From positions 1 to 40,722 of the forward strand of contig CACZZU010000014.1 in the NCBI GenBank assembly GCA_902785765.1: DNA of 40,722 nt, read 5' to 3'. Shown here one piece after another: positions 29,744 to 37,376 of this stretch; position 1 is the first letter of the stretch; every line of letters starts with the position of its first letter. This stretch comes from an uncultured Ruminococcus sp. (lineage in GTDB: Bacteria; Bacillota; Clostridia; Oscillospirales; Acutalibacteraceae). The notes beneath the pieces are model-generated. The model saw only the letters and a program-made list of their open reading frames with translations, had not been told where the DNA came from and searched no databases. A program made the position numbers and the translations under genes.

Positions 29744-29782
29744 GCGGCACGCCGCCTACCTATTGACAGGAGGAATGACAGA

Positions 29783-30223
29783 ATGAGTATGATAGACGAT
29801 GTGTGGGTGAATGCGAAGTCCGCGGCCGAGAGTGTGGGCAAAAAGGCGGGGAAGGTGTTAGACCGTTCCAAACTTCGGTTGGCCATCATGGATGTCAAGG
29901 CCGAACTGTCCAAACAGTACCGCGTGCTGGGTAAGCTGTGTTACGAAGCTTACAAGACTGGAAAGGACTACACGACCGGTCGGCAATCTCTGCTGGAACA
30001 TATTGCCGAACTGAACAAGCAGTTGGATGCTCTGCGGGATATGTTGGCCAACAGCGAAAAGAAAGTGAAGTGCTCCTCCTGCGGCACCTATAATCCACCC
30101 AAAGCATTGTTCTGCAGTAAATGCGGTGCCCGCTTGATCGTGAAGTCCTCCGGCGAGGAGGATCTGTCACAGCAGGAACTATTGGATTTTGCTGAAACTA
30201 TTCTGGACGAAGAAGAACTATAA
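29783..30223 (+). CDS. Zinc-ribbon domain protein with N-terminal coiled coil
   Basis: ATG 29783 lies 9 nt after AGGAGG. The ORF-track start at 29732 lies inside the repeat element. C-terminal motif CSSCGTYNPPKALFCSKCGARL. Confidence 0.75.
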   Translation: MSMIDDVWVNAKSAAESVGKKAGKVLDRSKLRLAIMDVKAELSKQYRVLGKLCYEAYKTGKDYTTGRQSLLEHIAELNKQLDALRDMLANSEKKVKCSSCGTYNPPKALFCSKCGARLIVKSSGEEDLSQQELLDFAETILDEEEL

Positions 30224-30312
30224 ACCATGTGGCTTCCGCCCGATCCTCCACTGATGATGTCCGCTCATCTTTTTCAAATGGCTGTCCATGAACAAAAGGG
30301 GAGCGGAGCAGT

Positions 30313-30360
30313 GGATGTTTGTGAACGTGCGTTGGCCGTGTAACCGCACCGCATCCTTTT
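30313..30360 (+). terminator. Probable terminator after the zinc-ribbon gene
   Basis: Nested stems GGATG...GTGCG-loop-CGCAC..CATCC followed by TTTT (30357-30360). Confidence 0.5.
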
Positions 30361-30380
30361 GAAAAAATGGCAGCCGCAAT

Positions 30381-30402
30381 CCCGTCGGCTTTAGACGGTG
30401 GG
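30381..30402 (+). repeat. Conserved-loop hairpin motif, copy 1
   Basis: CCCGTCG-GCTTTAGA-CGGTGGG: a 7-bp stem including two G-U pairs and the 8-nt loop GCTTTAGA. It is embedded in a larger stem GGCAGCC (30369-30375) / GGCTGCC (30407-30413). Confidence 0.6.
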
Positions 30403-30443
30403 TTAAGGCTGCCAAAAGCGTAGCTTTTTTGTTATAACAACAG

Positions 30444-30504
30444 TAGGGACGGTTCAGGACGATGAAGCAGGAAGCCCATTGGCTTTAGACAATGGGTAGT
30501 TCAC
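30444..30504 (+). repeat. 61-nt repeat block containing hairpin motif copy 2 (30475-30496)
   Basis: 30444-30457 and 30458-30504 are identical to the reverse complement of 40709-40722 and 40626-40672. The hairpin is CCCATTG-GCTTTAGA-CAATGGG. Confidence 0.8.
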
Positions 30505-30557
30505 TGCGGTGTTGTGTTGTGTGCCGCTGCCTATTTTGAGAGAAAGGAAGTGCTTGT

Positions 30558-32318
30558 GTGGCAGGAAAGAAAACAGGCAGAAAGTCCCAGTCTTTTCTGA
30601 AGGGTGCGATGGTACTCGGTTCCAGCATGATTATCGTCAAGCTGATGGGTATGATCTACAAGATACTGTTGTCCAATCAGTATGGCGGCGTCGGTACGGG
30701 CTTGTTCAACTCGGCCTATGCCTTGTATAATCCGTTGTTCATGCTGTCAACGGCCGGATTTCCTATCGCCATCTCCCGTATGGTGTCCGAAAGTATTACC
30801 AAGAAGCGTTACAAAGACGTCAAGCAGATACATAGAGTCTCCGTGCCGATCTTCGTGATCGCAGGCTGCCTATGTTTTCTGGTGATGGTATTGGGCGGAT
30901 TCCTGTATGTCAAGATTATCCATGCCGACAATGCGATCTTCGCCGTGCTGTGTTTGTCCCCTACTATCTTTTTCGGCTGTCTGATGTCGATTTATCGAGG
31001 GTACTTTGAGGGTATGCGGAACATGGTGCCGACAGCGATCTCGGAGATCATCGAAGCGACCTGCAAGCTGTTCTTGGGCTTCACAGCCTCTTTTTTAGTC
31101 ACCAAGTACGGTATGAGCCGTTACGAAGCAACCGGATACGTCTTCGGCACGAAGTGTGCCAATATGACCGAAGCAGAGACGGTCATCATTCCGATCGCTA
31201 TTGGTGCTGCCATTACGGGCATTTCGCTGGGATCGCTGTTTGGGTTTCTGTTCCTGTTCATCCGCTATAAGCGTGGCGGTGACGGCATCACCCGTGAAGA
31301 GATCCTCCACTCGCCGCCGCCCCAAAAACCTTCACGGACCCTGCGTATTATGGTGCGTACAGCGATCCCGATCGGTTTGGGTTCGATCATAATGAGTCTG
31401 GCGGATATGGTCGACTCGACCCTTGTGAATATTCGTATCAACAACATCATGCAGAACGATCCGGAATCCCTGCTCAATGTTTACGGATCGCTGATACCCG
31501 ACTATGTATACGAAACCGGCTCGACCCATACGTTCCTGTATGGCTGTTATGGTATCGCTCTGACGCTGATGATGTTGGTGACAGCCGTGACACAGGTCTT
31601 CGGCACCACTGCGTTGCCTTCGGTGACGGCGGCATGGACCAGCGGCAACAAGGAACAGCTCAAAAAGAGCATGGAAACCGTCATGCGTGTCACGACATTG
31701 GTGACCATTCCGTCCGGTATCGGTATGTCCGTTTTGGCAGAACCGCTGCTGTCGCTGATTTATCATGGCAGTTCCGTTGCCGATGAGGTAGAGATCGGTT
31801 CCCGTGTACTGACGATCATGGGCATCTCGGTTATCTTTATCGCCACAAGTACGCCGCTGTGCAGTATGCTGCAGGCGATTGGCCGGATGGACGTGCCGCT
31901 CAAGCTGTTTGCCGCCGGTATGCTCATCAAGATCGTGGTCAACTATGTGCTGGTCGGTATTCCGGCTATCAATATTCAAGGGGCGAATATCGGCTCCATT
32001 GTTTGCTATGGTTTTGTAACGGTGGCTGCATTGTTCGTTCTGTGTCGGGAAACGGGGATCGTGCCCGATTTTGTGTCGATTTTTGTTAAGCCGCTCATAG
32101 CGGGTATTATCTGCGGTGCGGCCGCTTATTTTTCCGAGATCCTCTTCGATTTTATCTTCCGTCAGAGAATCGCCACCATTCTGGCGGTCGCAGCAGCGGT
32201 GATCGTGTATGTGATCGCTCTCCTGATGCTCAAGGCTATCAAACGAGAGGATATTTTACAAATGCCGAAGGGAAATAAAATTGTAAAACTACTTGAAAAA
32301 CGCAGGCTGATAAGGTAA
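30558..32318 (+). CDS. MOP-superfamily flippase (SpoVB/MurJ/YabM-like polysaccharide biosynthesis protein)
   Basis: Polytopic membrane protein of 586 aa. The N-terminus FLKGAMVLGSSMIIVKLMGMIYKILLSN...GLFNSAYALYNPL is typical of SpoVB/YabM. It occupies the position upstream of mazG, as in the B. subtilis yabM-yabN locus. Confidence 0.8.
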   Translation: MAGKKTGRKSQSFLKGAMVLGSSMIIVKLMGMIYKILLSNQYGGVGTGLFNSAYALYNPLFMLSTAGFPIAISRMVSESITKKRYKDVKQIHRVSVPIFVIAGCLCFLVMVLGGFLYVKIIHADNAIFAVLCLSPTIFFGCLMSIYRGYFEGMRNMVPTAISEIIEATCKLFLGFTASFLVTKYGMSRYEATGYVFGTKCANMTEAETVIIPIAIGAAITGISLGSLFGFLFLFIRYKRGGDGITREEILHSPPPQKPSRTLRIMVRTAIPIGLGSIIMSLADMVDSTLVNIRINNIMQNDPESLLNVYGSLIPDYVYETGSTHTFLYGCYGIALTLMMLVTAVTQVFGTTALPSVTAAWTSGNKEQLKKSMETVMRVTTLVTIPSGIGMSVLAEPLLSLIYHGSSVADEVEIGSRVLTIMGISVIFIATSTPLCSMLQAIGRMDVPLKLFAAGMLIKIVVNYVLVGIPAINIQGANIGSIVCYGFVTVAALFVLCRETGIVPDFVSIFVKPLIAGIICGAAAYFSEILFDFIFRQRIATILAVAAAVIVYVIALLMLKAIKREDILQMPKGNKIVKLLEKRRLIR

Positions 32319-32396
32319 AATAGTATACTGTACGGTGTTTTAGCCCCCACCTTTTGTGAGAAGGCAAAATGGAACCGCCCTGAAGGAGATAGGATT

Positions 32397-33191
32397 GTGG
32401 AATTTCAGTTCAAAGAACGCTACGATGTCAACGATCTGGTGAGGGTTGTAAAAGCCCTGCGGGCACCGGATGGCTGTCCATGGGATAAGGTACAGACCCA
32501 CCAGAGTATCCGCAACGACTTTATCGAAGAAGTTTACGAAGCTGTCGAGGCCATTGACGAACAGGATACCGAACATCTTCGGGAAGAATTGGGTGATGTG
32601 CTGCTGCAGGTCGTCTTCCATAGTGTGCTGGAAACCGAACAGCACCACTTTGACCTGAACGATGTGGCTAACGATGTGTGCCAGAAAATGATTTTGCGGC
32701 ACCCTCATGTGTTCGGTCAGGCAGTGGCGGAAACACCCGAGGAGGTCATCAGAAATTGGGACGAGATCAAGATGCAGTCCCACGATCAGACGACTGCTTC
32801 TGAAGCAATGGAAAGTGTCTCAAAGACGCTGCCGTCTTTGATGCGTAGCCGCAAGCTCTGGAAAAAGGCTGAAAACGGCGGAGCCGCTTTGCCGGATACC
32901 GCAGCCGCTTTGACGCTGACAGAGCGTAAGCTCAACGAGCTGAAAACCGCCGTTGCCCATCAGCAAACGGAAGTGTATGCCCAAATGCTGGGGGAACTTC
33001 TTTTTTCGGTCGCAGGACTGTCACGTTTCCTGCAAACCGATTGCGAGCAATCGCTGTATGATGCCTGCGATGCGTTTATCGCACGATTCAAATGTCTCGA
33101 AGAAAACGCAGCCGCAAAGGGCATGGCTATACAGAATGTCGCTCCTGAAGAGAAAGAAATGCTTTGGAGCGGTGTTTCATCATCAAACTAA
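32397..33191 (+). CDS. mazG: Nucleoside triphosphate pyrophosphohydrolase MazG
   Basis: LRAPDGCPWDKVQTHQSIRNDFIEEVYEAVEAID plus the EELGDVLLQVVFH motif. GTG start follows GAAGGAG. Confidence 0.9.
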   Translation: MEFQFKERYDVNDLVRVVKALRAPDGCPWDKVQTHQSIRNDFIEEVYEAVEAIDEQDTEHLREELGDVLLQVVFHSVLETEQHHFDLNDVANDVCQKMILRHPHVFGQAVAETPEEVIRNWDEIKMQSHDQTTASEAMESVSKTLPSLMRSRKLWKKAENGGAALPDTAAALTLTERKLNELKTAVAHQQTEVYAQMLGELLFSVAGLSRFLQTDCEQSLYDACDAFIARFKCLEENAAAKGMAIQNVAPEEKEMLWSGVSSSN

Positions 33192-33205
33192 CGGAGGAAA
33201 GTAAA

Positions 33206-33423
33206 ATGAACAAAACAGACCTTATCGCTCTTGTATCCGAAAAAGCAGAAATCTCCAAGAAGGATGCGGAGAAGGCAGTTAACGCTGTTATCGACACCAT
33301 CATTGAGAGTGTTGCAGAGGGACAGGAGATCCGCATCGTGGGATTTGGTACCTTTGAACGTCACGAGAGAAGCGAGCGAATCGGCTGGCCGGCAAAGCCT
33401 TCAAGGACGCTGTTGATAAATAA
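33206..33423 (+). pseudogene. hbs: HU-family DNA-binding protein with internal deletion of the beta-arm plus a frameshift
   Basis: The first 60 codons read MNKTDLIALVSEKAEISKKDAEKAVNAVIDTIIESVAEGQEIRIVGFGTFERHERSERIG, a canonical HU N-terminus. The canonical C-terminus AGKAFKDAVDK-stop (33388-33423) is in a different frame, directly before the terminator. The roughly 20 residues of the DNA-binding arm (RNPxTGE..IP..KVP.FK) are absent. Confidence 0.75.
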
Positions 33424-33435
33424 TCCCGCTGCTGC

Positions 33436-33468
33436 AGAAGCCGATCCTCGCCGGTCGGCTTCTTTTTT
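33436..33468 (+). terminator. Rho-independent terminator after hbs
   Basis: 9-bp stem AGAAGCCGA / TCGGCTTCT followed by a T6 tract. Confidence 0.85.
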
Positions 33469-33485
33469 ATGAAAGGAGAAAGTGT

Positions 33486-33755
33486 ATGAGACTCGACAAG
33501 TATCTGAAAGTATCCCGTCTGATTAAACGCCGCACAGTAGCCAACGAAGCCTGTGATGCCGGCCGCATCACCGTCAATGGCAAACCGGCTCGTGCCTCTT
33601 ACGAAGTCAAAGTAGGCGACAAACTCGTCATCTCCATGGGTGCCCACCCCATCCAGGTCGAAGTTACCCGCATCGACGAATATGCCAAAAAAGACGAAGC
33701 CGCTCTTATGTACAAGAACATCGCCGTTGGCGGTTCAATGAGTCGTGAAGAGTGA
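33486..33755 (+). CDS. yabO: S4-domain RNA-binding protein (YabO/Hsp15-like)
   Basis: MRLDKYLKVSRLIKRRTVANEACDAGRITVNGKPA... is an S4 domain. 89 aa. Syntenic position between hbs and yabP. Confidence 0.85.
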   Translation: MRLDKYLKVSRLIKRRTVANEACDAGRITVNGKPARASYEVKVGDKLVISMGAHPIQVEVTRIDEYAKKDEAALMYKNIAVGGSMSREE

Positions 33756-34053
33756 ATAGCGAATGGTGAAGGATGGCTGCGGACGATCGTTTTCTCTCGA
33801 AGGGGAAAAACTTGTGTTGGGTGAGGTACTGTATGGGACGCAGAGAAGCCGCCGTTACTCGTCCTGATGAATGTTTGCTTGACGGAAGGCAAGCCGGTAC
33901 ATTCTGCCTGACTGAACCGACCAGCGAATCCTGCAGAGAAAGTGTCTGCCGGAGTGCTCCGTACTCGTTTACAGACAAGGCAATCTCCCGCATAAATACG
34001 GGGGATACTGAATATGTATGAATGTAAGCGAACGGAGAAGGGGAGGGGTTTGT

Positions 34054-34341
34054 ATGACGGGTGCCGACAAAACCATGGTGGTACGCAAACAGCATGGCAT
34101 CATTCTGGAGGACAGAAAAACACTGACACTGACTGGCGTCAAAGCTGTTGCCGGTTTTGATGAACAAAAGATTGTCCTGATGACGGAGTTGGGGGAACTG
34201 ACGATCAAGGGGAATGCCCTGCACATCAATGATTTCAGCCACGAAAGCGGCGAGTTGAGCCTCGATGGCAGTGTGGACTCGCTGGTCTATACCGAAGACA
34301 AGCGGCAGGAGGGCGGTTTTTTCTCCCGCCTGTTGAAATAG
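34054..34341 (+). CDS. yabP: Sporulation protein YabP
   Basis: HGIILEDRKTLTLTGVKAVAGFDEQKIVLMTELGELTIKGNALHINDFSHESGELSLDGSVDSLVY matches the YabP signature. ATG 34054 follows AAGGGGAGGGG. Confidence 0.85.
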   Translation: MTGADKTMVVRKQHGIILEDRKTLTLTGVKAVAGFDEQKIVLMTELGELTIKGNALHINDFSHESGELSLDGSVDSLVYTEDKRQEGGFFSRLLK

Positions 34342-34350
34342 GGTGATCGT

Positions 34351-34773
34351 GTGCAGCAGACACTTGACGAACAGACAGGTATCTTTTTGTGGTCCTTTGT
34401 GTTGGGAGCCGTGTTGGGCGTGATCTATACGCTGTTGGCGATCGCAAGAGCATGGTCGCCGCCGAGTCCCCGCCAATGGATAGTGGGCGACCTGCTGTTT
34501 ATGGCAATTGCGGCAATGCTGAACTTCCTTTTCGCCCTGTCACAAACCTACGGACGTATCCGTGGGTATGTGCTGGCGGCGGAGCTGGTGACTTTCTTTT
34601 TGTTATATGGCACGGTTGGACGGCTGTTATGCCGCAGTACGCTCCGGATACGATCACTCTGTGAACAAACTGTGACATGGATGACCGCTCCCTTTCGGCG
34701 GCAATGGCACACGCTGCGTAAGAAATTGGCAAAAAAATGCAGGAAAATGTTACGGAATGGCAAAAAAAGTTGA
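34351..34773 (+). CDS. yabQ: Spore cortex biosynthesis protein YabQ (membrane)
   Basis: Small polytopic membrane protein immediately after yabP. GTG start. Assignment is based on synteny and hydrophobicity. Confidence 0.65.
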   Translation: MQQTLDEQTGIFLWSFVLGAVLGVIYTLLAIARAWSPPSPRQWIVGDLLFMAIAAMLNFLFALSQTYGRIRGYVLAAELVTFFLLYGTVGRLLCRSTLRIRSLCEQTVTWMTAPFRRQWHTLRKKLAKKCRKMLRNGKKS

Positions 34774-34781
34774 AAATCCTC

Positions 34782-34811
34782 TTGCATTATTGTGCCGATT
34801 TGTAGTATAAT
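34782..34811 (+). promoter_or_regulatory. Promoter upstream of divIC/ftsB
   Basis: TTGCAT (34782-34787), 18-nt spacer, TATAAT (34806-34811). Confidence 0.6.
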
Positions 34812-34853
34812 GGACTCAATCCATCTAGGAAAGCAGACGGAAGGAGGAGCGTC

Positions 34854-35207
34854 ATGGCGAAGGAAAGAGCGAAGAAGGACAAGGCTGTGTCAGCCGTGAA
34901 AACGATGACCGTTAAGCGTAAGACACACTGGGTGTTGTACATCGCCGTTGTGGCACTGATCATCTACGTTGCCATCACAATCGTGGAGCAGAATGTCAAG
35001 ATCCAAAACGCAAAGGAGACTCTTTCTCTGTTGGATAACAAGATCTCCATCCAGAAGATCGAACTGTCCGAACTGAAAAGCGTGGCGGACTCTGCCGAAA
35101 AGAAAGATTATGACTCTGTGGCCGACTATATCGAGAAGGTCGCCAGAGAAGAGATGGACTATGTAAAAAGCGGTGAGGTTGTGTACATTAACATTGCCGG
35201 TAATTGA
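34854..35207 (+). CDS. divIC: Septum formation initiator (DivIC/FtsB family)
   Basis: Single TM helix (WVLYIAVVALIIYVAITIV) followed by a coiled coil. C-terminal ...ARE.MDYVK.GE.V motif. Syntenic with yabQ and yabR. Confidence 0.8.
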   Translation: MAKERAKKDKAVSAVKTMTVKRKTHWVLYIAVVALIIYVAITIVEQNVKIQNAKETLSLLDNKISIQKIELSELKSVADSAEKKDYDSVADYIEKVAREEMDYVKSGEVVYINIAGN

Positions 35208-35226
35208 GAGGAGCAAGCTGTTGAGT

Positions 35227-35733
35227 ATGGATCTTGAGGTAGGAATGGTTGTAGAAGGAAAGGTAACGGGTATTACCAACTTCGGTGCGTTTGTCGACCT
35301 GGAAAACGGGAAGACAGGTATGGTGCATATCTCTGAAGTCGCCCAGACGTATGTCAACGACATTCGGGAGCATTTGAAAGAAGGACAGGCCGTCAAGGTC
35401 AAGGTTCTGAATATCAGTGAAGACGGCAAGATTAGTCTGTCAATCAAAAAGGCACTTCCGCCGCAGCCGCGTCCGTCTGGTGGCAGACCCTATCGTGGTG
35501 GTTCCGGTCAAAGACCCCGTAATAACAGCTATGGCGGCGGTAATGGCGGCAGCAGTGGCAGCAGCGGACCCAACGGGTATGAGTGGCAGCCGCATAGACA
35601 ACCTGAATCGGCCAGTTTCGAGGATATGCTCAACCGTTTCAAGCAGTCCAGTGACGAAAAAATGTCCGGTATGAAGCGTCCCCCCGAGACAAGACGCGGT
35701 AACTCCCGCAAGAATAACAATTCGCCCCGATAA
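35227..35733 (+). CDS. yabR: S1 RNA-binding domain protein (YabR-like) with Gly/Ser/Arg-rich tail
   Basis: VGMVVEGKVTGITNFGAFVDLENGKTGMVHISEVAQTYVNDI...VKVKVLNISEDGKISLSIK is an S1 domain. ATG 35227 follows GAGAGGAG. Confidence 0.85.
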   Translation: MDLEVGMVVEGKVTGITNFGAFVDLENGKTGMVHISEVAQTYVNDIREHLKEGQAVKVKVLNISEDGKISLSIKKALPPQPRPSGGRPYRGGSGQRPRNNSYGGGNGGSSGSSGPNGYEWQPHRQPESASFEDMLNRFKQSSDEKMSGMKRPPETRRGNSRKNNNSPR

Positions 35734-35742
35734 ACCCATTCA

Positions 35743-35769
35743 AAGAGTCGCACAGCGGCTCTTTTTTTC
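35743..35769 (+). terminator. Rho-independent terminator after yabR
   Basis: Stem AAGAGTCGC / GCGGCTCTT (one G-U pair), 3-nt loop, then a T7 tract. Confidence 0.8.
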
Positions 35770-36040
35770 TGTATTGTTTCCGATGCTGTGGTACACACCA
35801 AATGACCCTTTTGTTTCATCCAGAGACAGCGGTCCTATCGCTGCTTTTCTTGTCACATGGTACAAAATATTGTATGACAGGATACGTTACACATTGTTGC
35901 TTGTGACTTCTTGATAGAAAGAACACCATCACAGCAGAAACCTGTCACACAGCATGGATAAAAAGTCCCTGCCTTGTCGGAACCATACGCCACCGTTTCC
36001 CTTATGGAGCGGTATTTTCAAAGGAAAGAGGCATTTCACT

Positions 36041-37231
36041 ATGGTGATTATACACGCTGTCCTCCATACGATGGAAGACAAACAGCCGCCGATCGCAAAC
36101 GGCTACATCCGTTTTGAGCAAGGCGTTATCACAGCCCTCGGCACAATGGACGATTATCGTCCGCAGCCGCAGGAAGAAATTTTTGATGCCCAAGGCCAAC
36201 CGCTTTACCCGGGCTTTGTCGATGCCCATACGCATCTGGGACTTTTCGGGGATTCTCTGACCTTTGAAGGGGAAGACGGCAACGAAGATACCGATCCCAT
36301 TACACCGCATGTGCGGGCGATAGACGCCATCAATCCACTGGATGGCTATTTTGCCGAAGCCCTGTCGGCGGGTATCACGACCGTTATCACGGGTCCCGGC
36401 AGTGCTAATCCGATCGCCGGTCAGATGGCCGCTGTCAAGACCGGCGGCAAACGTATCGACAAGATGATCGTTCAAGCCCCTGTGGGTATCAAGTTTGCAT
36501 TGGGCGAGAATCCCAAGTCTACCTATAATGACAAAGACCAAACGCCTGTCACCAGAATGGCAACGGCTGCTTTGATACGCGAAACGCTGTGTAAAGCACA
36601 GCGATATTATCGGGAGCAGTGCCGCTATGAACAAGACCCTGAAAACGAGGACGAACCCGAACAGGATATGAAAGCGGCTGCCCTTCTGCCGTTGTTCCGC
36701 AGGGAGATACCGGCTCATTTTCATGTGCATCGGGCGGACGATATTTTCACAGCCATCCGTATTGCCAACGAGTTTGAACTGGACTATGTGCTGGTACATG
36801 CTACCGAAGCCCATTTGGTTTATGATGAATTGTTGGACGAACGTCTGCGGGGGATCCTGTCCGGTCCTATCCTGACCGACCGCAGTAAACCGGAACTGCA
36901 TCATCAGTCCCCGAAGGCAGCGGGGATCCTGTCGCGTGCCGGTCTTCCCACTGCAATTGTCACCGATCATCCCGAAACACCTTTGCCGTATTTACTGCTT
37001 TGTGCGGCGGTCGCCGTGCGGGAAGGCATGGACAGGGACGAAGCTCTGCGAGCCGTCACGATCATGCCGGCTCGTATTTGCGGCATTGACCATCGTGTCG
37101 GTTCCTTGGCGGTCGGCAAAGACGCCGACTGCGTACTTTATGACGGCGACCCACTGGATATTACGAAACGTCCGTTGGCCGTCTTTCTGAATGGTCGGGC
37201 GGTGAAAACTGCCATTTGTGATAATGTATAA
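36041..37231 (+). CDS. Amidohydrolase-family metallo-hydrolase
   Basis: PGFVDAHTHLG (HxH metal site), later His/Asp ligands and a C-terminal GSLAVGKDADCVLYD motif. ATG 36041 follows AAGGAAAGAGG. Confidence 0.8.
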   Translation: MVIIHAVLHTMEDKQPPIANGYIRFEQGVITALGTMDDYRPQPQEEIFDAQGQPLYPGFVDAHTHLGLFGDSLTFEGEDGNEDTDPITPHVRAIDAINPLDGYFAEALSAGITTVITGPGSANPIAGQMAAVKTGGKRIDKMIVQAPVGIKFALGENPKSTYNDKDQTPVTRMATAALIRETLCKAQRYYREQCRYEQDPENEDEPEQDMKAAALLPLFRREIPAHFHVHRADDIFTAIRIANEFELDYVLVHATEAHLVYDELLDERLRGILSGPILTDRSKPELHHQSPKAAGILSRAGLPTAIVTDHPETPLPYLLLCAAVAVREGMDRDEALRAVTIMPARICGIDHRVGSLAVGKDADCVLYDGDPLDITKRPLAVFLNGRAVKTAICDNV

Positions 37232-37271
37232 ATTTGCTCCGCAAATTTTTATCAAAAATCGAGCAAAAGCA

Positions 37272-37300
37272 TTTGCTTTTTTTGTTTATTGTGTTATAAT
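37272..37300 (+). promoter_or_regulatory. hpf promoter
   Basis: TTTGCT/TTGCTT at the -35 position. TGT-TATAAT extended -10 (37292-37300). Confidence 0.55.
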
Positions 37301-37376
37301 AAGGGTAATCCGATCGTTGCTCTCCGCAAGGGAGCAGCGTGTGAGGTATATCCAACCCTAAAAGGAGGTCCCGATT

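Noticed and set aside
30444-30457. GGGACGGTTCAG resembles the 3' half of a group II intron domain V (…ACGGUUC)
   Set aside because: There is no complementary GAGCCGU 5' half, no GUGYG intron 5' end, no domain VI bulged A context, and no reverse transcriptase or maturase ORF anywhere in the window.
30225-30482. Possible long-range pairing or terminal inverted repeat between CCATGTGGCTTCCGC (30225-30239) and GCAGGAAGCCCATTGG (30467-30482), which would define a second MITE
   Set aside because: When paired explicitly, only the 7-nt core GGCTTCC/GGAAGCC matches. That is too short to be meaningful.
30475-30496. The loop sequence CTTTAGA could be read as a tRNA anticodon loop with anticodon UUA (ochre suppressor-like)
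   Set aside because: The best pairing gives an 8-nt loop, not a 7-nt loop. No acceptor, D or T arms can be drawn around it.
30381-30504. Possible CRISPR array, because of repeated hairpin-forming units
   Set aside because: There are only two units on this side. They are not identical direct repeats, their spacing is irregular (about 94 nt), there is no leader-plus-repeat periodicity, and there are no cas genes.
33164-33472. The 102-codon ORF-track call as an intact, longer HU-like protein
   Set aside because: The N-terminal 14 codons precede the obvious RBS and ATG at 33206. The C-terminal 28 codons run through the terminator hairpin in the wrong frame, while the genuine HU C-terminus is readable in another frame.
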